Below, piece after piece: positions 45,732 through 54,722 of a stretch of DNA of 64,000 nucleotides. This DNA comes from a virus (lineage: Duplodnaviria > Caudoviricetes), in IMG/VR virus record IMGVR_UViG_3300025437_000009. The stretch is one strand, 5' to 3'. The notes under the pieces are model-generated. The model was not told where the DNA came from. It saw only the letters and a program-made list of their open reading frames with translations, and did not search any database. The stretch's first letter is position 1; the number at the start of each line of letters is the position of its first letter. The position numbers and the translations under genes were made by a program.

Positions 45732-45758
45732 TTTGATTTCCTTTAAGTTAATATGAAA

Positions 45759-46409
45759 TTACTTTTGTGAATTGCAGTTATAGCAAATCACTTCTAAATT
45801 GTCTTCTACGTTATTGTAGATGTCGTTGTCCCATTGTGTTACAGTTAACGGTGCTGGACGACCTTGCCATTCTGTAATACCGCAGGTTTCACATTTATGA
45901 CCACGCTTTTGGATAATATAATCTTGGATATAGTCCGGAACAGTTTTCCAGTTATATACACTACAATCGCTCATCCATTCTTCAATTCTTTTTTCACTAA
46001 GTAATTTTTTTCTATGATTTTGCTGGCACTGATTGTTACAATATTTGCTTTGATACGATCCGCCTCTTACAGGATTTTCTCTGTTACAGAATAAACAGTT
46101 GAATATAATTTGTCTAGAATTTAACATGTCAATTGCGTTATGAGATAATCCTTCTCCGCCTGGAGTTTTATTGTGTAATATTCCTGTATTGTTATTTTTT
46201 CTTCCATACTCGGCTATTAATTGTTTTTCTAAATTAAACGCTTCGTCTTCGCTTAAGTTATCTTTATAGAATACAATTCTATTTTTGTCCTCCGGTGGAT
46301 GAACACTTCTTCCATAACATCTTGTAGCTCGACCGTTGCGACCTTTGCCGATATAGTACGGAGTACCATCTTCTCTTAAATACCCGTAAACGTAAAAATC
46401 ATTAATCAT
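45759..46409 (-). mobile_element. free-standing GIY-YIG endonuclease-like gene fused to a degenerate HNH zinc domain
   Basis: FYVYGY..EDGTPYYIGKG...RA; KCETCG...NLEVICYNCNS lacking the HNH His residues. Confidence 0.6.
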
Positions 46410-46549
46410 TTTGATTAGCCATTTAATATTTTAAAACCAACTCTTATTTTTTGTGATGCTTTTAAAGCACTCTTATTTTTACTTATTGCTTTATAGCAAC
46501 CAATTATATACGTAGATAATGGTTTTGTCAAAGATTTTGGTAAAACTGA

Positions 46550-47383
46550 TTAAAGTTCTATGTTGAACTCATCGGCACGGAATTGATCAGCACGTTCTTC
46601 GTAGAGATAGTAGCCCCGTGGGTTACATATCACACGAGTGTTGCCAATCATATAGTCAAACATAGTATGAGTATGTCCGTGAGTCCATAATATGATCTGT
46701 GAGTGATCTAATATAAAATTGCTTAGGTCACTGGCATAAGCGCCATTGGTCAATCGGTCACTCTGATACTGAGGAGCGATACTAGCCATGCTCGGTGCAT
46801 GATGAGTTACTACTACATATTTTTTAGTAGGATCGTTTTCTACTACAGATCTAATATAAGACAATGAACGATAGTGTGTTTCCACAGTTTTCTCTGGAGT
46901 AAGTCTGTGATAGACATTCTTAACTTCATTAAACATAGTGATCTGACGATAGTCGTTCATCATTGAACGCATCTGGTACATAGTAAGATCATCCATCTTG
47001 TTCATGTCAGTCCATAAGGTAGCACCAACAAACACTACGTCATCGATAGTGTGTGTTTGATCCTCGAGCAGGGTAACATTCTCAGGCAAGTTAGCGGCAA
47101 TATGTGCATAGGTTTTTTGAAATTGAAAACCATAGTGTTCGTGATTGCCCATGACCATAACAACTTCGCGATATTTTTTACACTCTTCATTAAAGAAACG
47201 TGCATAACGATCGGGACGTTTGAGTGGATCTTCTTTGGGTAGCAGGACCATGTCTGGGTTATACATGTCTTGTTTTAGATGACGTGCTTCGCAGATATCG
47301 CCAGACAGAATTAGTACGTCACCGCCGGGTAAGGTAAGGTCAGCAAAATCGAGGTGGAGGTCAGAAATGACATTAATTTTCAT
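46550..47383 (-). CDS. calcineurin-like metallophosphoesterase
   Basis: SDLH, GD, GNHE, HH.P, HGHTH. Confidence 0.88.
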   Translation of the reverse strand: MKINVISDLHLDFADLTLPGGDVLILSGDICEARHLKQDMYNPDMVLLPKEDPLKRPDRYARFFNEECKKYREVVMVMGNHEHYGFQFQKTYAHIAANLPENVTLLEDQTHTIDDVVFVGATLWTDMNKMDDLTMYQMRSMMNDYRQITMFNEVKNVYHRLTPEKTVETHYRSLSYIRSVVENDPTKKYVVVTHHAPSMASIAPQYQSDRLTNGAYASDLSNFILDHSQIILWTHGHTHTMFDYMIGNTRVICNPRGYYLYEERADQFRADEFNIEL

Positions 47384-47407
47384 ATAGTAATTATACTACA
47401 GAATAAA

Positions 47408-47776
47408 TTACCAGTCAATGAATCTTTTTTGGCTGACTAGCCAACCGATGCTATTTATGTCCGATTCAATTTCTTCGGTCACATAGCTTTCTTCTACAAA
47501 TCCAGTGAAATCAGTACCAGAGAATCCAGTACCCGAACAATACCAATCTATATAACTGTCATCTTCTCGAATTTCGGCAATCAAAGTAGCCGCATAACTC
47601 CAGGAACAGTCCCAATGAATATTTGATAAAATACCCCAAACATCCTTGGGTTGGTATTGATTGTTGCATAATGCCGCATAGAAATTTTGAGCATAGATTT
47701 CTTGCTTGCGGATTTTGGTTATGATCCAATCCGTACTTCTAACATCACGTTCTAAGTTATAAACCTTGCGTGGCAT
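47408..47776 (-). CDS. hypothetical protein, paralogue of 50081..50458
   Basis: YAQN.Y.ALCN...W.CSW......Y..WYCSG. Confidence 0.65.
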   Translation of the reverse strand: MPRKVYNLERDVRSTDWIITKIRKQEIYAQNFYAALCNNQYQPKDVWGILSNIHWDCSWSYAATLIAEIREDDSYIDWYCSGTGFSGTDFTGFVEESYVTEEIESDINSIGWLVSQKRFIDW

Positions 47777-47799
47777 TAATATATTTAATGCCCCCAAAG

Positions 47800-47826
47800 A
47801 AAAAGCACCGCGAACGGTGCTTTTTT
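47800..47826. terminator. bidirectional intrinsic terminator
   Basis: AAAAAGCACCG-CGAA-CGGTGCTTTTTT. Confidence 0.8.
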
Positions 47827-47847
47827 GACAGTTTTGTTACAGTAGTA

Positions 47848-48153
47848 TTACTCTACAGAAACTAAACCTTTAGCGATTGCAGCATAAGCAATCTGAACCA
47901 TACGACGGCTAGCTTCACCATATGTATACTCAGTTACTTTAACACCGTTGCCAGCAAGGCGTTGGTTGCCGTAGATAGCAAAACCAGCATGACGAATTTC
48001 GCTGATAGTAGCAGTTGGGTTCTTGATACCAAAACGCTTGGCGATTTGAGCAGCGCTCAATGTTTCACGTTCACGTACTAATGCGTTGAACAATTTACCC
48101 TGTTTAGTTTTTGGATCAAACTTCTTGAATTTTACTGAAATAGTTTTAGACAT
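47848..48153 (-). CDS. winged HTH DNA-binding protein
   Basis: LSAAQIAKRFGIKNPTATISEIR..G. Confidence 0.6.
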   Translation of the reverse strand: MSKTISVKFKKFDPKTKQGKLFNALVRERETLSAAQIAKRFGIKNPTATISEIRHAGFAIYGNQRLAGNGVKVTEYTYGEASRRMVQIAYAAIAKGLVSVE

Positions 48154-48289
48154 TATGTCTCCTTTTTAAATTTAAAAGCTGTTTACTAACAGCGTGATGT
48201 TATTATGCACTAACATTCGGACATGTGCAAGTATTATTTTAGCCAAAAACTTATAAATAAGTATATCATTTATCCAAAAGGAAAATAGT

Positions 48290-48514
48290 ATGGCAAATAA
48301 CATTTACAAACAAGGTGTACCAGCAGCTACTGGAGTACCTACAGCAGGTAGTTTAGGAACTCAAGGTGTAGCCGCTACTGCCGCTAGTTACCAAAATATC
48401 TATGGCCCAAACGGTGTACCAGCTACAACCGGTAAAGCAACATATTTAGGTGCAAACGGTGCTAATGGTACAACTGTAACTAAAGCCCCAGCTAAAAACA
48501 CTCCACAGAGCTAA
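48290..48514 (+). CDS. low-complexity late protein (Gly/Ala/Thr-rich)
   Basis: full TATAAATA at 48252 plus AAGGA SD. Confidence 0.6.
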   Translation: MANNIYKQGVPAATGVPTAGSLGTQGVAATAASYQNIYGPNGVPATTGKATYLGANGANGTTVTKAPAKNTPQS

Positions 48515-48517
48515 TGT

Positions 48518-48751
48518 ATGGCTACTAATACAACAGTTACAAACACTATCTATAAAGCAGGTAGTGCAAAAGAAGTGGTTGTTCCCGCGGCAAAGGTTGT
48601 TGTTACAGCACCGGCAGTAGTTCCAGCTAGTACTGTTAGAGCCCTTCCCGGTTCTACAACTACTACACCAGCTCAGGTTGCAGTTACCGCAAACAAAGGT
48701 ACTATCTATAAGATGGGTGTACCACCTGTTGCAGGTAAAGCAAAGTACTAG
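48518..48751 (+). CDS. low-complexity late protein (Val/Thr/Ala-rich)
   Basis: tightly coupled; IYK.G motifs. Confidence 0.55.
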   Translation: MATNTTVTNTIYKAGSAKEVVVPAAKVVVTAPAVVPASTVRALPGSTTTTPAQVAVTANKGTIYKMGVPPVAGKAKY

Positions 48752-48754
48752 TAT

Positions 48755-49084
48755 ATGACATACCCTGGGCAAGGCACTCCCAGTCCTGCAATTGGTGTAC
48801 CGAACCTAGTTCCTACACCAGTTGGCCCAGCGGTAGGTGTTGCTAATCGTACTCCACAGTATACACCACCACCCGTAGTTGCTCAAACTCATTCATCTGG
48901 ACTACAGGCTTCTGTTCCAGCAGTGGGACAAGCAAAGCATAATCCAAATCCCTACAACAACGCAGATCCAGCGATAGGTATTCCTAAGCATACACCAATA
49001 CAAACTCCATTGGGTGTCAATCCGCATTTTGAAACACCTACACAGGATTGGTCTTGGGACTATGGCAACGGTGGTGGTTATTAA
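48755..49084 (+). CDS. low-complexity Pro-rich late protein
   Basis: tightly coupled. Confidence 0.5.
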   Translation: MTYPGQGTPSPAIGVPNLVPTPVGPAVGVANRTPQYTPPPVVAQTHSSGLQASVPAVGQAKHNPNPYNNADPAIGIPKHTPIQTPLGVNPHFETPTQDWSWDYGNGGGY

Positions 49085-49671
49085 ACTCCACGACCCAGTA
49101 TAGTTCCATACACCGGTTGTTCTTCAGTATACAGTACTTTAAATCCTCGATCCAACAGATATGGCACAACTGCTCCACTCTTACCCGAGTAGTGTCCCCA
49201 CCATTTGTTGAACCAGGTATCATCACAAACTACCAAACAGCGTTCAGCCATGTGTGGTAGGGCTAGAATCATCTGCGACAAATGAGCACGTTGGCTATTA
49301 ACATTATTCATTTCTAATCCTAATGTTGCATAACGACTCTGTTGCTCTAAGATGAAATCTGGAGTTTTATCTGGATGCCAATCCCAATCGAAATTATCTA
49401 AATATAAAAAATCAATCGGTCGCATACTGTAGATACGTTGTCGTAGATAGTTTTCGCCAGTTGAGTTAATAATTTCAACATTGGGAAGGTCGAAACCTCG
49501 AACAAAATCGCAGTTAAGGGGATCTACATCAACGGTGATTAAATGATCACACCAACCGGAAAGGATTTTGGTACTGCCGTCATCACCATTTCGGCTAGTA
49601 CCAATTTCAACAAATTCACCGCGATTGATTTGATCTAGATACTGCTCAGCTTCTAGAAATACACGACCCAT
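49081..49671 (-). CDS. class I SAM-dependent methyltransferase-like protein
   Basis: VEIGTS, TVDVD, IDFLYLD. Confidence 0.6.
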   Translation of the reverse strand: MGRVFLEAEQYLDQINRGEFVEIGTSRNGDDGSTKILSGWCDHLITVDVDPLNCDFVRGFDLPNVEIINSTGENYLRQRIYSMRPIDFLYLDNFDWDWHPDKTPDFILEQQSRYATLGLEMNNVNSQRAHLSQMILALPHMAERCLVVCDDTWFNKWWGHYSGKSGAVVPYLLDRGFKVLYTEEQPVYGTILGRGV

Positions 49672-49838
49672 TACTCTTTGTCACCACCGCGATTACGGCT
49701 GGTCTTCATACGACTATTGACCGCTTCAGCCAAGGCAAAACCACGAATATATTCGCGACGTTGTTTTTTATCGGTCATTGTTGCAGCTACTCGTTTGACT
49801 GATTTTGATACTTTTACTGCACGTGGATCGTATGCCAT
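49671..49838 (-). CDS. small basic protein
   Basis: SD AAGGA; coupled ORF. Confidence 0.55.
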   Translation of the reverse strand: MAYDPRAVKVSKSVKRVAATMTDKKQRREYIRGFALAEAVNSRMKTSRNRGGDKE

Positions 49839-49839
49839 T

Positions 49840-50076
49840 TTATTTTCCTTTAAGTTGGTCCAACACCAATTGTTTACTGCGTTCAATATCTTCTTCGGCT
49901 TCGGCTTTGACTAACCTAGGCCCTAGAATGTTAATTATATCAAGTATAGCACGATTTCCTTCTTCGGTCAAATGACAATATTCATGTCCAATCGTTGAGT
50001 GATAAAAGTACTGTCTATCCTTAATAATTTCTTTAATACTACCAACAATCATTTTTTCAACATCGCGTCTTAACAT
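49840..50076 (-). CDS. hypothetical protein
   Basis: AAAGGA SD before MLRRD. Confidence 0.55.
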   Translation of the reverse strand: MLRRDVEKMIVGSIKEIIKDRQYFYHSTIGHEYCHLTEEGNRAILDIINILGPRLVKAEAEEDIERSKQLVLDQLKGK

Positions 50077-50080
50077 TCGA

Positions 50081-50458
50081 TTAATCCTTTTCTTTAGGCC
50101 ATGGACTTGGATGCCAACCCAGAGTCGCAAAATCTTCACGTATTTCATCTGTAACGGTCCCTTCCGGAACATATCCTTTATTTCTATCAGCGTCACCATT
50201 TCCTAATCCATCTCCTATACCACTACAATACCACGACATATAATCGCCACCTTCCGCTTCAAAGTTGGCTACAATACCCCCGGCACTACGCCAACTACAC
50301 GACCACCACTCATCTTTGAGTATGGGCATAACATCAAGTGGTTGCCAACGCATATTGCATAATGCTGAATAGACATTCTGTGCGTAGGTTTTACTTGCCC
50401 TTACCTTTTCCAAAAACCAAGGACAGTTAGAAAGCTCGTCTGCAAGATCACGATCCAT
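50081..50458 (-). CDS. hypothetical protein, paralogue of 47408..47776
   Basis: YAQN.YSALCN...SCSWRSAGG.VA...YM.WYCSG. Confidence 0.65.
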   Translation of the reverse strand: MDRDLADELSNCPWFLEKVRASKTYAQNVYSALCNMRWQPLDVMPILKDEWWSCSWRSAGGIVANFEAEGGDYMSWYCSGIGDGLGNGDADRNKGYVPEGTVTDEIREDFATLGWHPSPWPKEKD

Positions 50459-51769
50459 TTAAATCTTTTCGCCTGGCTCAAATCCACGGAATCCTTTGAA
50501 ACGTGGGAATCTTAAACTGTACGATCCGTCTTGGTTTTGCGTAACTGCGTCTGCACGTACTTCCACAATATTACCGATAAGGTTATCCCTACTGGCCCAA
50601 TAAGTAATGCGATTATCATCTGTAAGTCCTGATCCGACATTAGTACGAATGAGTTTACCATCATCTGTTCCTTCTACAATTAATGCACCGAGACGTCCTA
50701 GATTTTTACCAGTACCTTCTTCGGTGCCTACTACGGTTAGTGATACTTCAATATATGGCTTTTGCTTTAACCAAGCAGTGGTACGCTTACACTCGTATGG
50801 TGCTTCAGGATCTTTGATCATGATACCTTCGTAGCCGCCTGTGATAGCGTCTGCATTGATACGACCAAAACGACGGCGTCCGCCCTGCGAATCTAAATCA
50901 ACAAGCTCTTGTCCCAATACTGTGACATTGGGCATATGATCAGCTATGGGATCAAACCAAATTTTAAGTGCATTACTGCGTTCACGTTGTGGAATTGGAC
51001 TGTACCCTGCTTGAAAATCTTTTAGTGTAAGAATATCGAATAAATTAAGAACTGCATCTTTGGCCGCTACATCACTCTTACGATGTACTTGTTTCATTAA
51101 GTCTTGAAAACTACTTGACATTACTTCGCCATCAAATACCATTGGCTCACGTAGGAGTTTGGCATGTTTGACAAACTGCTGTTTGATGTGCTCGAAGTTT
51201 ACTAGTTCCTTGCCATTACGACTATACTGATCAACATGCCCACTTGGATAGACGATAGTAATAACACGTACTCCATCCAGTTTAACTTCAATAAGTTTCC
51301 GTCCGGAGACTTTGCTTTCATGATTAGCACCATCGTGAGCAAGTTGGCAACTAAAAACAGGTATAACATAAGTTCCATTAATTTTCTCCACTTGTTTATT
51401 GATAGTTTTTTCGCTGACACCACAGCGTAGATCTTTAATAAGAATACGACGATACCATTGATTCCATTCTTGTTCTCGGGCATTCATACGCATATGGTTC
51501 ACTGCGGTAAGTGCGGCATTACCAGTTAATTGACGACCGGATAATTGTTCGGCAGTCCTCCAAAACGTATCAGGATTTAAACCTTTCCCATCGCCCGACT
51601 TTTCTTCAACCTGTCGAATGCCATAGGTAATCATTGGATCCAGTGCAGCACGACATCCACGAAAGAATTCAGCATTGCCAGCATCAGCTTCGCGTTTAAC
51701 TACTGATTCTTTAAACAAGCGACTGTTATCGCTTTCAAGTTCAGCTATGACTTCCCAAGGTTTCAACAT
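50459..51769 (-). CDS. ATP-dependent DNA ligase (T4 gp30-like)
   Basis: EVKLDGVR (KxDG), FDGE, EGIMIK, KQK, SLRFPRF. Confidence 0.93.
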   Translation of the reverse strand: MLKPWEVIAELESDNSRLFKESVVKREADAGNAEFFRGCRAALDPMITYGIRQVEEKSGDGKGLNPDTFWRTAEQLSGRQLTGNAALTAVNHMRMNAREQEWNQWYRRILIKDLRCGVSEKTINKQVEKINGTYVIPVFSCQLAHDGANHESKVSGRKLIEVKLDGVRVITIVYPSGHVDQYSRNGKELVNFEHIKQQFVKHAKLLREPMVFDGEVMSSSFQDLMKQVHRKSDVAAKDAVLNLFDILTLKDFQAGYSPIPQRERSNALKIWFDPIADHMPNVTVLGQELVDLDSQGGRRRFGRINADAITGGYEGIMIKDPEAPYECKRTTAWLKQKPYIEVSLTVVGTEEGTGKNLGRLGALIVEGTDDGKLIRTNVGSGLTDDNRITYWASRDNLIGNIVEVRADAVTQNQDGSYSLRFPRFKGFRGFEPGEKI

Positions 51770-51791
51770 TCTGCTCCTATCTAATATTATA

Positions 51792-51823
51792 CATTATAGC
51801 ATTAACACAGTTTTGGGTCAACC
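51792..51823 (-). promoter_or_regulatory. sigma70-type promoter
   Basis: TTGACC-17-TATAAT. Confidence 0.65.
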
Positions 51824-52446
51824 TTATGGGGTTCTAGTCCTTGGTCTTCGACCCCTTCTTTATACCAGCTTGTTAATTCTTCTTCGTTTTCACGTTCATA
51901 TTCAGCCATAGTTTCTGAAATACCATATGCGTCATCTAATTCCTGTGGCAACTGCTGTTGAACATCTCCAGAATCCAAGCCCGACAAATCATAGTAATCG
52001 TCATAGCCATCTTCAAAGATACCAGCAAAAGCACAGCCAGGTTCATAGTAGGTAGCATAGACAGTAAAGCCTAGATCAATGAGCTTTTCATAGGCCGCAA
52101 TGGGTGGCGACCAAGCAGAGTCAAAGTAAACAACTAAATCATGATCGGACCACGTGTTGATACCTTGACCGTTGCCTATGTCCCACTTTGTACCCCATTC
52201 ATTAATGCACCAGTCATACCAAGATTCATATCCGTGCTTTTCTTTGTTAGCCTGTTTGAGTGCATCAACTGCTTGCTGTTTATCAGGATCACTGTAATGA
52301 GTAGTGGCTTCTTCGTTGAGCAAGTCTGGGGGCACCGGAATAAACTCTTGTAGGAAATTACCGTCGGCAAAGGCGTCTTTAGCACGAGCAATCATAGTAG
52401 GATCTTCGTGTGTTATAGTTAATGTATTACCACACCAGTTAGGCAT
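51802..52446 (-). CDS. DUF1281/YubB-like ferredoxin-fold protein
   Basis: MPNWC.N.L, WYDW.I..WGTKWD, FDSAWSPP. Confidence 0.7.
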   Translation of the reverse strand: MPNWCGNTLTITHEDPTMIARAKDAFADGNFLQEFIPVPPDLLNEEATTHYSDPDKQQAVDALKQANKEKHGYESWYDWCINEWGTKWDIGNGQGINTWSDHDLVVYFDSAWSPPIAAYEKLIDLGFTVYATYYEPGCAFAGIFEDGYDDYYDLSGLDSGDVQQQLPQELDDAYGISETMAEYERENEEELTSWYKEGVEDQGLEPHKVDPKLC

Positions 52447-52807
52447 AAGAGTTTCCTTTCAATTGATTCCACATATACTTCTGTTCGCATTCTTTGTAAT
52501 AAGCACCGCGAGCCTCTTTGTTTACACACCAGTCAGCCACAGCTTTATAACTACCTTGACATTCACGTGGCGCACACTCACGAATCCACATGGCCAAACC
52601 CCAGAAACTTTGTTTATTAGCAGAGTCCGCATTGTATAAAGCACGTTCAAAGTCATAGGCAAACATAGCCTCCAAGTGCCCGCCAGGCGGCAAGCCATCA
52701 AACAAGAAACGATTTAGTGCGTCGGTGGTTTGCTCAGAGAAACGCATACCCATGTATCGGAGATTGTCGTATACTTCTCTTTCAATGTTAAGTCTAATAC
52801 GTTCCAT
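52439..52807 (-). CDS. hypothetical protein
   Basis: GLPPG..L.A.F..D...A...AD. Confidence 0.6.
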   Translation of the reverse strand: MERIRLNIEREVYDNLRYMGMRFSEQTTDALNRFLFDGLPPGGHLEAMFAYDFERALYNADSANKQSFWGLAMWIRECAPRECQGSYKAVADWCVNKEARGAYYKECEQKYMWNQLKGNSYA

Positions 52808-53238
52808 TATGCCGGTACCTTTGCTAGTTCTTCGTGTAAAGGTTTAAACTCACCTTTTCGATCTGCAACATACCAAACACCGTAATCATACAAATAAAAG
52901 TATTCGCTGGCGCAACCTGCATAATGATCTACAAACTCCTCTTCGCTACCAAACGATTTAAACGGAGCATCTTCGCCTCGGTCACGTTGATAAAAAGTAC
53001 ATTGAGTAGCTGCACCATCGGGCAAGTATTCTGCACGAGCACCAAAGTCGTGTTGCTCGCCAATTGTTGCACCAATGCTACTAAGGTCGCCCATTGAGAT
53101 TAGTTTATTAACCGCAATACTGTCTTGATAGTAGACGTTTAATACCGCACCAACGTGCTCAACATAGCCATCCCAATGGCAATAGATTGCCTTGATACGA
53201 TCACCGTGTTTGATACCAATTGCTGAACGTGTTGCCAT
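52807..53238 (-). CDS. conserved phage hypothetical protein
   Basis: MATRS.IG, IYCHWDGY. Confidence 0.65.
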   Translation of the reverse strand: MATRSAIGIKHGDRIKAIYCHWDGYVEHVGAVLNVYYQDSIAVNKLISMGDLSSIGATIGEQHDFGARAEYLPDGAATQCTFYQRDRGEDAPFKSFGSEEEFVDHYAGCASEYFYLYDYGVWYVADRKGEFKPLHEELAKVPA

Positions 53239-53239
53239 A

Positions 53240-53581
53240 TTATTGCTCCTCTACTTGTTTAACATGCTTACAATCACCGCGAAATGTAAAACCAGGACAT
53301 GTACATTGTAACGTACCTTCTATTTTCTGGACAACATATTCATTGCCTTTAGATCCAGTAAATTTCCAAGTTTCTGACGTTACTTCGTCTAGATCAATTT
53401 CACCTAGCTCTTTTACTTCTACAAAGGTACGACCGCGAGCATCAAACCGATAAGGCTTCTTAAATGTTTCTGCAACATCTGTACCACGACGGATGTAGCC
53501 ATACATCTTACTTTTATCTGTTGACAACAAGTAGACGTGATTTGGCACAGCCCATTGAGTAGTTTCTTTAAAGAACTTCAT
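53240..53581 (-). CDS. SWIM zinc-finger protein
   Basis: GSKGN.Y.V, CTCPGF.FR..CKH. Confidence 0.75.
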   Translation of the reverse strand: MKFFKETTQWAVPNHVYLLSTDKSKMYGYIRRGTDVAETFKKPYRFDARGRTFVEVKELGEIDLDEVTSETWKFTGSKGNEYVVQKIEGTLQCTCPGFTFRGDCKHVKQVEEQ

Positions 53582-53582
53582 C

Positions 53583-53813
53583 TTAGAAATGTGGGTCCAT
53601 GTATTCATGTTTACCTGGCATCAAGTAGCAATACTTACAACCAGTTTGGGTGTAATATACAGTACCATCTTTAGCTACTTTACGGGTATATTGACGACCA
53701 GTTTCAGTAAAAATAAAACGCTTGGTCATACGCACAATTTTACCATCATAGTAACGATCACCGCCAATACCGTGGCTAACATCATCACCAATTTTGTATT
53801 CTACTTGTGTCAT
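53583..53813 (-). CDS. hypothetical protein
   Basis: GGAG SD, promoter upstream. Confidence 0.6.
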   Translation of the reverse strand: MTQVEYKIGDDVSHGIGGDRYYDGKIVRMTKRFIFTETGRQYTRKVAKDGTVYYTQTGCKYCYLMPGKHEYMDPHF

Positions 53814-53841
53814 ATCTGCTCCTTATTAGTTACTATACAAG

Positions 53842-53873
53842 TATTATACTATTTTGGCAATTTGGACACAACC
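53842..53873 (-). promoter_or_regulatory. sigma70-type promoter with conserved spacer and leader
   Basis: TTGTGT-CCAAATTGCCAAAATAG-TATAAT. Confidence 0.65.
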
Positions 53874-53939
53874 AAAATTTACCCCGTAAAAAACCCCCAT
53901 TTAAGGGGGTTAAAATGTGTGGCTTTTTTACAACAGAGA

Positions 53940-54254
53940 TTATTGTCCGTAACTTGAGTCCCATGTTAGGGTAGAGTCTGCCATATATCTTTCTTGGAAT
54001 GTTAGATATTCTGCATCTTGTTCAACATCACTGTTGAACGTTATGGTTCTACTGTGCGGGTTATTTCTAGTAATTGTCACATTACCAGCACTTGCTGCAT
54101 TTGCCCAGATTGCTCGCTGACGTGTGTGAGCTTGCGTAAAAGTTATAAACTCTTCAGCAGAAAGAGTCTCCTGTGCCCACGTATCTATACTTATCGGGGT
54201 CGAAACTCCGTCGATAATTTTTGTTGGGTCAGTAAATGTAGCGGTTATTGCCAT
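53940..54254 (-). CDS. hypothetical late protein (104 aa)
   Basis: TAAATA and AAAGGA upstream. Confidence 0.6.
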   Translation of the reverse strand: MAITATFTDPTKIIDGVSTPISIDTWAQETLSAEEFITFTQAHTRQRAIWANAASAGNVTITRNNPHSRTITFNSDVEQDAEYLTFQERYMADSTLTWDSSYGQ

Positions 54255-54290
54255 AACGTAATCCTTTATGATATAGTATTATTTATCATA

Positions 54291-54314
54291 CTAAACCCGC
54301 CGAAGCGGGTTTAG
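54291..54314 (-). terminator. hairpin ending the tmRNA
   Basis: CTAAACCCGC-TTCG-GCGGGTTTAG. Confidence 0.75.
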
Positions 54315-54560
54315 GTTATTTTCTGTTACGAGGTATAACTACCCTAGGCGCTGTTAGGCTGCCAATGCGAACTGTTCGTCGTTTGCGTTTACGTTATTTG
54401 CTTTTTACGTCTACTCCTGACGTGTTGCCTTTGTCGCTATCTCACCATGTCGAAACCAAATACGGGCCCACCGAAATATACTACACAATACACTTCGGTG
54501 GACCCGCCGGGGGTCGAACCCGGGTCCACAATGCCTTTGCTAGAAAGGAATTACAACAAT
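54315..54560 (-). ncRNA. ssrA: circularly permuted two-piece tmRNA, tag (A)ANDEQFALAA
   Basis: T-arm CCGGGTTCGACCCCCGG plus CGGGTCC-A-CC (54497..54523) precedes the 5' end GGGCCCG (54469); G3-U70 pair; tag ORF 54354..54386; outer ends approximate. Confidence 0.9.
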
Positions 54561-54691
54561 TACTTGACTGCTTCTGTGTGCTTGTGCTTCAAGCTCTTCT
54601 TTAGCAGTTTAAACCAAAATTTCTTAACTTTATCAAGGTTATGCTCGATTTCGGCCTTGTAAAGTTTACGAACTAATTTTTCAACTTTCAT
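54560..54691 (-). CDS. small basic protein (43 aa), absent from ORF track
   Basis: GGAGG SD; TTGACC-17-TATAAT at 54711..54739. Confidence 0.65.
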   Translation of the reverse strand: MKVEKLVRKLYKAEIEHNLDKVKKFWFKLLKKSLKHKHTEAVK

Positions 54692-54722
54692 ACAGCCTCC
54701 TTAAAAGTTAATTATACATTAT

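Noticed and set aside
54497-54529. tRNA-like T-arm and acceptor end
   Set aside because: No anticodon arm; the matching 5' strand lies downstream and is followed by a tag frame, so it is part of the permuted tmRNA, not a tRNA
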